The position numbers and the translations under genes were made by a program. Source: Octopus vulgaris (lineage: Eukaryota). From it: a DNA stretch of 64,000 nt. Location: contig OX597816.1 of the NCBI GenBank assembly GCA_951406725.2, positions 155,124,001-155,188,000 of the forward strand. Direction: 5' to 3'. The notes under the pieces are model-generated. The model searched no databases. It was not told where the DNA came from and saw only the letters and a program-made list of their open reading frames with translations. Within the stretch, counting starts at the first letter, position 1; each line of letters starts with the position of its first letter. Below, one piece after another: positions 52,703-64,000 of this stretch.

Positions 52703-54163
52703 TGGAGAGAAGTGTATTCCCACGGTGGAAAAATATAGGTGAATGTGTTTTGGGAGTTTGAAAATGCACTTGAATCTCAAAACGTGCATTGGTGTTCAAA
52801 TTTATAGATTTATTCAAATGCTATTTGAATAAATAAAGGATAAATAATAGATTTATTCAAATTCCAAGCAGGTGTCGATTTTGTTTTGCTTATCAGTCGT
52901 ATACATATATAAATAAAGAGTTAAGAAGAGTTTAAATTTACAAGGTAAAATTTGGAAATCATGTTTAAAATATCCGATGTTCAAATGTTCATAGAAACTT
53001 CAATGAGTTTCACAGGGAGACGCTGTAATATAAGTATATTTAATGAAGATCAGAACAAATATACATGACTAATGACTCATATTGAGGTTTTTTTTTATAA
53101 AAAAAAAAAGGGGTAGAGAAGAAAGAGAAAAAGATAGACTGAAAGAATTTTGTTTTTACAATTTCTTTCGTGATGTACGAAGGAGTTCTATCAATTCCTG
53201 TTCGCTAAAGTCCAATTTTTTCAGTATATATATATTTACGGTAATGGATCAGTTTTGATTAGTTATAATTTTGATGGCGTCTTTTGTATTTCTCGTGGAT
53301 GGTTTGATCAAAATATTTTTGTTTTGGCAAAATCCAGCATTCTGATTGGTTATCTTTCTGGTGGGGATTTAGTAACTTGTTTTCGTCTGACGGTCATCTA
53401 ACGTTCCAGTTGGTTGGTTCCCTTAAGAAGTCACCAGTTCGGTCGCCTCGATGTTTACTTGTCTTTTTCCTGAGCGTCTGATTTTGACGAGAGAAAAATG
53501 TTCATTAGTTTAGTTTGAGGTGATGTCAGCAATTGGTGTTTGTGAAGGTGCGTAGTGTTATTGTGTTATTGTACAGTAGTTTAGTGTTAGAGATTCAAAT
53601 CCCTGAAGGAAGTCTGTTACTTAAAATTTTCGATTTATATCTGTTGTCTCTGGTGAATGAATATTTTCGTGAATAAATTGGGTTTTCATTTTCTTGTGTG
53701 TCATTATTGAATATTGAATTGTTCGTATTTTTTAAACACCTAATTCCTTATTTCATCGAAATTGGGTCGATGAGTTTCCGGTGCATTGATAAAGAGGGAA
53801 ATCTGGTATTCGGATTTATATTTGCAGAGCATTGGTCTAAGTGTTTACTTTCGGGAATTTTCTTGGACGCGGAGTCCTGGATCTGTTGCCAGTGTACCGT
53901 TAAGTTGTTCCTCAAGGTCAAGCTTGTTTGACTTATGTAATCCCCACCACACCCATTACATTTGAGAACATAAATTAAGTTATTCGATGAACACGTGAAA
54001 TGAAGTGGGTGTAGTGAGGACTACATAGGTCAAACGAGCTTGACCTTGAGGGATAGCATAACGGTACACTGGCAACAGATCCGAGACCCCACGACCCCAA
54101 AACTTCCCGAAAGTAAACACACAGGTCAATGCTCCGCAAACATAAATACAACTACCAGATTTT
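52703..54163 (-). mobile_element. Penelope-like element remnant: GIY-YIG endonuclease with head-to-head inverted copy
   Basis: Minus 53981-53700 gives NLIYVLKCNGCGGDYISQTSLTLRNNLTVHWQQIQD...IPESKHLDQC. Plus 53998-54163 gives GCSEDYIGQTSLTLRDSITVHWQQIRDP...ESKH. The 3' region resembles 60185-60870. Confidence 0.85.
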
Positions 54164-54165
54164 CT

Positions 54166-54233
<68 letters not shown>

Positions 54234-54790
54234 CACGCGCGCAGACATAGACATACACACACACGTATATGTGTCTTTCTTGCTTCTTTCAGCTATTAAA
54301 CTGTGGCCATGCTGGAGCAGTACTTTTTGAAGAATTTTAAGTCGGATAAATCGATACCAGCACTTTTTTTTTTGAAGCCTGGGTCACTTAAACCGAGCTC
54401 CTAAGTTACCGGGACGTAAACACACCAACACTGGTTGTCAAGCTAGAGTGTCACACACACACATACATATCTACACAAACAAAATTCACATACCAGACGA
54501 ACACCAATTGTATCCTACATAACACTTATATATCCATGTAAAAGGCAGGCTTTTCAAATAACATCTCGGTATACGTGTATATTCGGAATAATTCAGCACT
54601 GAATATATTGCAGTTAAATTTGAACGTGAGGCATTTACTTGTAGTAATGCCCTTAATATCTTAATATAATAAATGTATTTTAAAGAGAATAAATTAATAA
54701 TATATTTTGTATAAAGTTTTTCTTTAACTGGTTTTTCACGCTGACAACTTGATAAATTCTTATATAGATTTTATCCTTATATTTAATTTA

Positions 54791-54821
<31 letters not shown>

Positions 54822-54822
<1 letters not shown>

Positions 54823-56132
54823 CAACTTATAAGCGAGGGCTAAAGGAGATTATTCCAAAGCCAATATACTGATTTTCCACATATAATCCACTTGCTATAG
54901 AAATTGAACTGAAGTCGGGCAAACTAACCGTTAGAATATTTAAATTTCGTTATCTCTATATTGAATCAATTTCGGAAGTAATCTCATAAAGGATTCATTC
55001 TTCATCGGTAGAGCTTACGAGAGAATATAATTAAGATACTTACATGCGCCTATGGAAAAAGCCGAAGCAAAGAACATAAGTACGTTTAAGTTCCTCAGTT
55101 ATATCTAAAAATAAAAATTCTTTGGTCAGTCTCAGAACAACGTGTTGACTGTTGGCCGTTACAGATTGTAATGGTTACCAGTCCCTATAGCAAGCAGTAA
55201 TAAGCCTACTACTAATAATATAGGATGAAGTTTTTTCTCTACAGAAAAGAATTCCATCAAGAAATGTGGCAGTATATTAAAAAATACCTTTACGGTTAAA
55301 ATTATAAACAACTTATAAGCGAGGGCTAAAGGAGATTATTCCAAAGCCAATATACTGATTTTCCACATATAATCCACTTGCTATAGAAATTGAACTGAAG
55401 TCGGGCAAACTAACCGTTAGAATATTTAAATTTCGTTATCTCTATATTGAATCAATTTCGGAAGTAATCTCATAAAGGATTCATTCTTCATCGGTAGAGC
55501 TTACGAGAGAATATAATTAAGATACTTACATGCGCCTATGGAAAAAGCCGAAGCAAAGAACATAAGTACGTTTAAGTTCCTCAGTTATATCTAAAAATAA
55601 AAATTCTTTGGTCAGTCTCAGAACAACGTGTTGACTGTTGGCCGTTACAGATTGTAATGGTTACCAGTCCCTATAGCAAGCAGTAATAAGCCTACTACTA
55701 ATAATATAGGATGAAGTTTTTCTCTACAGAAAAGAATTCCATCAAGAAATGTGGCAGTATATTAAAAAATACCTTTACGGTTAAAATTATAAACAACTTA
55801 TAAGCGAGGGCTAAAGGAGATTATTCCAAAGCCAATATACTGATTTTCCACATATAATCCACTTGCTATAGAAATTGAACTGAAGTCGGGCAAACTAACC
55901 GTTAGAATATTTAAATTTCGTTATCTCTATATTGAATCAATTTCGGAATTAATCTCATAAAGGATTCATTCTTCATCGGTAGAGCTTACGAGAGAATATA
56001 ATTAAGATACTTACATGCGCCTATGGAAAAAGCCGAAGCAAAGAACATAAGTACATTTAAGTACCTCAGTTATATCTAAAAATAAAAATTCTTTAAATAT
56101 TCTAACGGTTAGTTTGCCCGACTTCAGTTCAA
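54822..56132 (-). repeat. Tandem array of 486/485-bp units (2.6 copies) with a hammerhead-like motif per unit and a terminal 41-bp inversion
   Basis: Units start at 54822, 55308 and 55793 and are almost identical. Motifs at 54954-55013, 55440-55499 and 55925-55984. 56092-56132 is the reverse complement of an internal segment. Confidence 0.93.
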
Positions 56133-57319
56133 CATAAAAATCTCACATTCGGAATGAAGCGTATTAGAAAATGTGAATGGTAAATGGAATGAAAGAATCG
56201 GCAGTATAAATATTATGATGGGAAGGTAGAGAAAGAACTAGCAAAATACTAGATTAAAAATTAAAATCAAATCAAATAAAGTTTAAATAACAAATGAAAC
56301 TAAAAAACAAATAAGATTTTAAATTAAAAAATAAAATAGAGAATACAAATATACATACATATACACACATATATATATACACTTCATTGCTTCATCTTGA
56401 CAAATGATAGCCGCCCTATCACCCCATCACACAGCACAGATGACACTCATATTACATATCCACTGTTCACTGCTGATTTCAGTTCCAATTGTTCTTTTGT
56501 GACAGGCATTTTTAAGCTCAGTGTGATGAATCATCTTTTCCTCCAAGGCGTTGTAAATAAACGTTTATGTTAATTTAAAAGATTTATCCCCCAAATCTTA
56601 TTTAGCTGTTATTTTTAGTATACAACAAAACCACCTCAATGCTAAATGACAAAAAGAAGCGAATAAACGAATATTTAAGCATTCAAATGAATTTTGTGCA
56701 AATGCGATAAACACATTACGATTTTTAAAAGAAAAACTTGGAAGAATTAGATGAAAGTATTTCCGGGAATTTTCTTTAATGTAAATAAATATTTATGTTA
56801 ATTTTAAAATTTGCCAGCAAAATCTTATAAACTGACAATGATCCAAAAGATGTACTTGTTTATATGTTATATATGAAAAGAAGAGGGAACAAAATATGCT
56901 TAAAAAACAAACATGTAAGCATTAAAAAACAAGCATTTAACTTTCGGTTTCAATTTTAAAAATATCCTCCCCTGTTTTCAATGTTTCTATAATAGAAGTG
57001 AAGTTACTGAAACTTGCTGCCATAATCACACAGAACACAGCGTCAAATTTGTCAATCACATCTTCCTCGCTGATAAAAGACTTTTCAAAGACTGCACGGA
57101 TTCGCTTGTTACTATGGCAGCAGGCATGTTGAGAGACAAAAGACTGGGTGTGACTTACGATTGGCTAAAATTACTAAAATTTTCAAGCTTTAATTGCTAA
57201 TAACTCTTTATTTATTGATTTTTAGCGAAAATTACTTTCACGTCATTAATTAGCCTATAAAAGTGCTTCATTACACTGAATTTGAAATCAATTCGAACAC
57301 AATTGATGCTGGCAGTCAA

Positions 57320-57820
57320 ACCGATGAGATCCAGGGGACATTCTCTCCCTCCTCAACAGTCGCAAGTGACTTTGTGATTCCTTGTGCGGTTATTATCCTT
57401 ATTATCATTATTATTACCATCATTACGGTAATTATTATTTTTGCTGTCATTTTTATTTATATTATTCTCCCAATTAGTTTTATCATTGATATTATTGTTT
57501 ACGGCCTGACCATGATTTTCGATGCCTGTATTTCTAGTATTACTCACAACGTCTCCACATCTTCCTCTATGTTTTCACTCAATTTTTCCATTACTGGCTC
57601 CGGTTCGTTCGCTACTATTGGTTTTATTACCTCTACTGTAATTCATGTTATCATCACCATCAGCAGATCTAATATTTATATTACAATAATTCTTGTTACA
57701 TTACAGTAATCCTTTACACTATTATAATAACCCTTGTTATAATAAATATATATTGCTTTCCTATTCTTATTGATACATCTGTTCTTGTAATCAATGTATT
57801 ATTACCAATGCTATTAGGTC
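57320..57820. repeat. Decayed (ATT/ATC)n low-complexity tract
   Basis: Trinucleotide periodicity producing an Ile-rich pseudo-ORF. Confidence 0.75.
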
Positions 57821-57879
57821 GTTAAGTATGAAATTTGTAGTTTGGTATATGGGTTTGAGTCTTTGAAAAGACAACTAAG

Positions 57880-58300
57880 GCCTTCCAGTCCGTGTTCGGC
57901 GTCTCCGACGTTGGCCACGATGCTGCGCAAATAGGTGAACTCCTCGATTTAGTGTTGTCTAGTCATCAAGAGGACGCCATTGTTGTTTTCATCGACATAC
58001 CCAATCCTCATGATCTTCACCTTGTTTGCATTTATGGAGAGTCCGATCTTGGCCGTCTCCCGTTCCTCACTCTCTGTCATTGTGCGAGTGACATTCTTCG
58101 TCGCTCCGAGGAGTGCGATGTCATCGCTGAAGTCGAGGCCAGTCAGGCGCTCCAACCCACATCACGGAATCCTAAATCCGCGTTCGTGCATCGCGTTGTG
58201 CATGACGAAGTAGATTGCCATAAGAAATAGGAGAGAAGATAGAATGCACTCTTGCCGTACACCGATTTCAATAGCAAAGTAGTCGATGTAGCCCGTCTCC
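57880..58300 (-). pseudogene. RTE-clade LINE RT core fragment
   Basis: GVRQECILSPLLFLMAI...LTGLDFSDDIALL...AKIGLSINANKVKIM...EEFTYL.SIV. Confidence 0.88.
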
Positions 58301-58415
58301 GTTCGAACGCAAAGTAAACAGTAAAAAAAAACATTGAAATATTCGCGTGCAAATTAAATATTTAAAAGCTTCGAGCAAACCGACAGGAATTGCTAGAAAT
58401 AACAGTTTAGACATT

Positions 58416-58639
58416 AAGGCGGCGACCTGGCAAAAACGTTAGCACGCCGGGCGAAATGCTTAACAGTATTTCGTCTGCCGCTACGTTCTGAGTTCAAATT
58501 CCGCCAAGATTGACTTTGCCTTTCATCCTTTCGGGGTCGATAAATTAAGTATCAGTTACGCACTGGGGTCGATGTAATCCCTTTGTCTGTTCTTGCTTGT
58601 CCCCTCTATGTTTTGCCCCTTGTGGGCAATAAAGAAATA
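58416..58639 (+). mobile_element. Full-length Meta-type SINE with 21-bp TSD
   Basis: Same family as 51426. TSD AGAAATAACAGTTTA(G/A)ACATT at 58395-58415 and 58640-58660. Confidence 0.92.
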
Positions 58640-59789
58640 AGAAATAACAGTTTAAACATTCCTTAAAACAAACATTTATTAGTTAAAAGACTCGAGAACG
58701 AAAGTTCATATTACACTCTACAGTTTTATAAAATAAATTATCTTTCTCATATTTCCTACACACAACTTTCACAAAAATAAGAGTTAACGGGCGTTTGTGT
58801 CCATGCTTTAAAGATGCTCAGGTACTCTCAGTTTGTTGATTACACTTTGGTGGTTACACTCCTTCTGCGCATGCGCAGCAACTTTGGTTACTACGGAAAC
58901 AGAGATTTTCTCCACGGTGATGAGTAAAATACTCGCTTCTGATTGGCTAAATAACACAAATGTTGCAAATTTTAAAGGCTAATAACATTTTAGTTATGGA
59001 TTTATAGGGAAAAGGAATTCCATTTTCATAATTAGTATACAAAACTTAATCCATATACCAAATTTGAAAACAATTGGAACAAAATTGTAAACAGTGGCGA
59101 AAACCGCAAAGATCCTTCTGTTTTGGTACAGTCATTACGCCAACAATAATAACATATGTATAGATTTTGCCGTTTATAAATTTTTCAGTGACTCGTGAGC
59201 TCTTAAATTACTTCGAAGGCTACTTTCGTCTGTCAGAGACCTAGTCCTATGCCTCTCTGTCTGTGTATGGATGCTTGTATGTGTGTGTTGCGTGTGTGTA
59301 TGTGTGTGTGTGTACGTGTGCATGTGTGAGAGTATGTATGTGTGTGTATGTTTGAGTGTGTACATTACGTTCGCGCGGCTGTGTAGTTGTGTGCGTACGT
59401 CCGTGTAAGTGATTGTATGTGTGTTTGTGAGTGTGTGTGTGTGCACTAGCCACCCGTGCCTTCTTTCAGGTTTTACTAGTTTGTCTTTATCGTTATTCAC
59501 AAGAACTCACCTTCCTCACACAATGTGAAATACAGAGAAATGCACAGAGCCTTACGCAGAAAGCAGCATTTGAAGCGAGTCGGGAGATCATAAGCCACTA
59601 AAAAAGTTGGAAACGGCAACAAAAGAACTTTGACGATCAAACAAACGGTTTTTTTTTAAAAGTACGTTAAGCAAAAAGTCGATGACTTTGTTGGATAGAT
59701 ACTTAACGAATGGACGAGTAATAATGAAGTGGAATTGAACCTACGTATGTGTTATAACTATTGGCATCATGACTCTCCCATGTACACAA

Positions 59790-59837
<48 letters not shown>

Positions 59838-60108
59838 GCATGTATGTGTATTTACATATGTATTTTCTTTTATTATTTTATTTGTTTCAGTCATTTGACT
59901 GCGGCCATACTGGACCACCACATTTAGTCGAACAAATCAATCTCAGGACTTATTCTTTGTAAGCCTAGTACGTATCCTATCGGTCTATTTTTGCCGAACC
60001 GCTAAGTGACACACCAACATCGGTTGTTAAGCGAGTGTGGGCGACAAACACAAACACACACGCACACACACGCACACGCATACACATATACATACATACA
60101 TACATACA

Positions 60109-60184
<76 letters not shown>

Positions 60185-60185
<1 letters not shown>

Positions 60186-60866
60186 CAAAAGAGGGAGTGG
60201 TATTTCCACGCAGAAAAAAATAAAAATATAGGAAAATGTGTTGTTGAAAATGAACTTAAATTTTAAAAGGCTCCTAAATGCTTAAAATACATTTATTTAC
60301 ATATATTCGAAACTAGTTTCAACAATTTTTTTTCGTTTATCAGTGGTAAAAGTGTAAGATTAGAAAAATACTTCGTTATAAGTTTCAATGTTGACAAATC
60401 AAAATGTTTCAATGTTAACAAACTAAAATGTGTCGATGTTGATAAATTAAAATGTTTCAATGTTGATAAATTATCATGTTCAAAACAGAAGGTGTCAGTT
60501 TGAAATTAAAACTGTATATTAATTTGTTAGAATGTACAAGGTTCATTAATTTCAGTAGTGTTCGACAAGTCATACCGAAAAAAAGAAAAAAAAAAACAAG
60601 TGTGAGAATTAAAATAGTAAAAAAAGGAAATTTGGTTTACGGTTTCTCAGATCTTCTTTAAACAGTCGCTTTCGCTTGTAATGGTATGTTTAGCAAAAGA
60701 TGTAATAATAAACTTTTTTCTGCGAGCGAATCTGATTTTGATTCGTTAAAAAATTGATGACGGTTATAAGTCGTTCCGGTTGGTTGGTTCTCTTATGTAA
60801 ATAAATGTATTTTAAATATTTACGAGCTTTTGAAATTTAAGTGCATTTTCAACAACACATTTTCCT
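60185..60866 (-). mobile_element. Penelope-like pLTR fragment bounded by ~73-bp inverted repeats
   Basis: 60230-60303 and 60794-60866 are imperfect reverse complements. Shares blocks with 52703-52790 and 53390-53425. Decayed hammerhead-like CTGATAA...GAAACTAGT on the minus strand near 60310-60345. Confidence 0.65.
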
Positions 60867-60949
60867 TAATATATATATATATCATATATACATACATACA
60901 TACATACATACACATATACATATATATATATATACATACATACATACCC

Positions 60950-63594
60950 ACACATGCACACCCTTACACTGAATGCACACACACATACACCTTTTTGCAT
61001 CCAGGCAGCCCCCCCTCTTTTCTGCTTTCCGGTTTTGGCTGATGGATCCTCGGTTCCCGCGTAGCGGGTCGTTCGAGGGCCTTTGCGCTCGCGCGCCTTG
61101 GCGCGCGCTGGGGGCTTGGTCGGCCCCTTGGGCTTGCGTTGTATTGCTTGTGTGTTGTGTGCGTGAGCGCGCTTCGTGTGTGTGGGCTTGCTTCGGGTGT
61201 GTGCGTGCGTATGTATACATACATACCCACACACTCGCATGCATCCCTACCCACATACATACACGCACACCTACTCACACACACACATACACACACACAC
61301 ACACATACCCGCACACACACACACATACATACATACACACACATACCTACTTCAGACATACACACACACAGACATACACCCATACACTCACACTCACACG
61401 CATACACACACACACATACACACGCACACGTACACATACACACACACACACCTACATACATACATACATTACACTTGTACACACACACACTTACATTCAT
61501 ATACATACACACACCTACACAGCCATACCCTCACTCAGACACACACACCTACCTACACACACACACAAACACACACAGACACACACCCATACATACATAC
61601 ATCTACACACACACGCCTACAAACATACATACACACATACATAAACACACACATACACATACACACACATACGCACACACACATATACTTATACACATGC
61701 ACACACACACACATACATACATACACCCATACACATACACACACACATACCTACATACTCCTATACGCACATACATACACACAGACATACACACATACAC
61801 ACTCACACAAACATACACACACACATACTTACACACACACTCCCTGCACGCGCACACACATGCATGACAAACACCCATACACTCACACTCACATACGCAC
61901 ACACCAACATAAACACGCACACGCACACACACACCTACACTCCCACACACATACATACGCACCTACATACACACACGCACGCATACACACGCACACACAC
62001 CCATACACACATACATTACACACGTACACACACACCTACATACACATGCATACACACACACACAAACATGCACGGACACACCCAGACATACATACATACA
62101 CCTATACACACACACACACCTACATACACACACATACATACACACACATACACGGACACACCCATACATACTTACATATATACACCTATACACACACGCC
62201 TACACACCTACATACACACACATGCATACACACACACACATGTACGCACATACACACACATATACGCACATACATATATACCCACACACATGCACACACA
62301 CACACATACGCCCATGCATGCATGCATGCACACGCGCACACCTACACGCATACATGCATATATGCATACACACACACACACGCACGTACATACATACATA
62401 CACACACACATACATACACCCATACACATACATGCATCCTACACACACATACATACACACTCACACATACATACACACACACACACTCACTCACACACCT
62501 GTATGTACGCGCACACACATGCACATACACACACTTCCACACACCCACACGTACATACATACACACTCATACACATACACACACACACACACACGGACAT
62601 ACATCTATGCACACACATATATACACACATACTTACATACATTCATCGGACACACTGACACCCAGACATACACACAGACACACTCACACATCCACACACA
62701 TACATACTTACACACACACTCGCAGGCGCGCGCACACACGCGCTTGCGCCGGTTCGCGCACGCATACGCGCATGCATGCACCTCGCTCTTGGACCCGACG
62801 AGACCACCCGCTCGTTTCTGGGGCCGTCGCCTGTCGTTGGGTTCTCCCACGCCCGTCTCTGCGGGACCACTCTTCCATCTTCCCCTCAGCTGGAGTCCTT
62901 TTTCCTTATAACCCCCCCTTTTTGTTACACACACGCGCACATATACATACACCCACTCACACACACACATTGCTTAAATATATACATTACTCTTACACAC
63001 ACTTCAAATCTACTCGCCATACATACAACTACGACACTGGACACACACACACTACTACTCAACACACACGCTGGCACGTTACATACGCCCCCACCCCTTC
63101 CCCTCCCTCCCTTCCTCCTTCCTTCATTTTCTTACTACTGACCACTGTCTGCTATGCCTACTACTGTTCGCCCTACCTCACACGCCTACACACAGACGCA
63201 CACACTAACATATACATATATTTTTTGTTTTTTTATCTCGCCTCACACACACATACACACACGCACACGCACACACTCACACATACACACACATCTGTTG
63301 CGTTACCAACCCTGTCTCCACTCTTTTGGCTTTAAAAACCTACTTTGCTCTTGTTATCGTAAACTTCCGCCTTTCACCATGTGTACTTCGTAAACACCAG
63401 TCGTTTTTTTTTTTCTCCCTCTTGTTGCCCACTTTGGGATCTTTCTTTCCTCTCTCTTCCTTCTTTATGTTTCCGACGAAGAGCTCCGCTCGAAACGTCA
63501 TACCTTCCTGCTTCCATCTTTCCTGAGCGCCTATTAATAATAATACTGTAATTGTTCCACGTGTTGATGTTTTTTCTGTTTTCCCGTTTGGATT

Positions 63595-63600
<6 letters not shown>
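60950..63600 (+). mobile_element. Penelope-like 3' region/pLTR: long cryptic (CA)-rich tract, two A-depleted tracts, terminal hammerhead-like motif, ending at (TA)n
   Basis: 63473-63503 reads CCGACGA-A-GAGC(TCC)GCTC-GAA-ACGT-C. The terminal 120 bp is homologous to 40760-40893(-). The 5' boundary is approximate. Confidence 0.7.
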
Positions 63601-63693
<93 letters not shown>

Positions 63694-63905
63694 AAGGGCT
63701 TCTTTCAGTTTCCGTCAACCAAATCCACTCAAAGGTTTTGGTCGACCAGAGGCTATAGTGGAAGACACTTGCCACATGGGACTGAAGTCGGAACCATGTG
63801 GTTGGTAAGCAAGCTATTTACCACACGGCCACTATTATATATATGTGTGTGTATATAACACCTACATACGCACACACACACATATACATACATAAATACA
63901 TACAT

Positions 63906-63953
<48 letters not shown>

Positions 63954-64000
63954 AAAAAAACACAAAAACGCGAGGACGTGGAACAAATATAGTATTATTG

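Noticed and set aside
57263-57709. Multi-pass membrane protein ORF
   Set aside because: The hydrophobicity comes from decayed (ATT)n repeats.
61021-61200. CpG island or promoter interpretation of the GC-rich tract
   Set aside because: It is strand-asymmetric (A nearly absent, T normal) and embedded in a repeat, which fits A-to-G conversion better.
61139-63335. 719-aa and other long His/Thr/Tyr-rich ORFs
   Set aside because: They are translations of cryptic (CA)n sequence that lacks stops by composition; no domain and no splice support.

Overview
This is AT-rich, microsatellite-saturated animal genomic DNA. The SINE, Penelope and LINE repertoire points to an octopod cephalopod, probably Octopus (recognised by pattern, not by database search). 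Almost all of the ORF track is translated simple repeat. The only host-gene signal found is two + strand coding exons (3981-4137 and 43594-43753) of an ALK/LTK-family receptor tyrosine kinase ectodomain (TNF-like/glycine-rich region), joined in phase across a ~39.5 kb intron. The rest appears intronic and is filled with mobile elements: tRNA-derived SINEs, two R4/Dong-type LINEs sitting in (TAA)n tracts, CR1 and RTE fragments, mariner/Tc1 relics, a Helitron helicase relic and many Penelope-like pieces. Four signals stand out. (1) Tracts inside a Penelope-like element that look like A-to-G hyper-edited RNA reverse-transcribed into the genome (61010-61210, 62720-62866). (2) A near-identical ~486-bp tandem array with one hammerhead-ribozyme-like motif per unit, resembling a retrozyme (54822-56132). 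(3) Several further minimal hammerhead motifs with recurrent non-canonical cores. (4) One SINE head carrying four different 3' tails.
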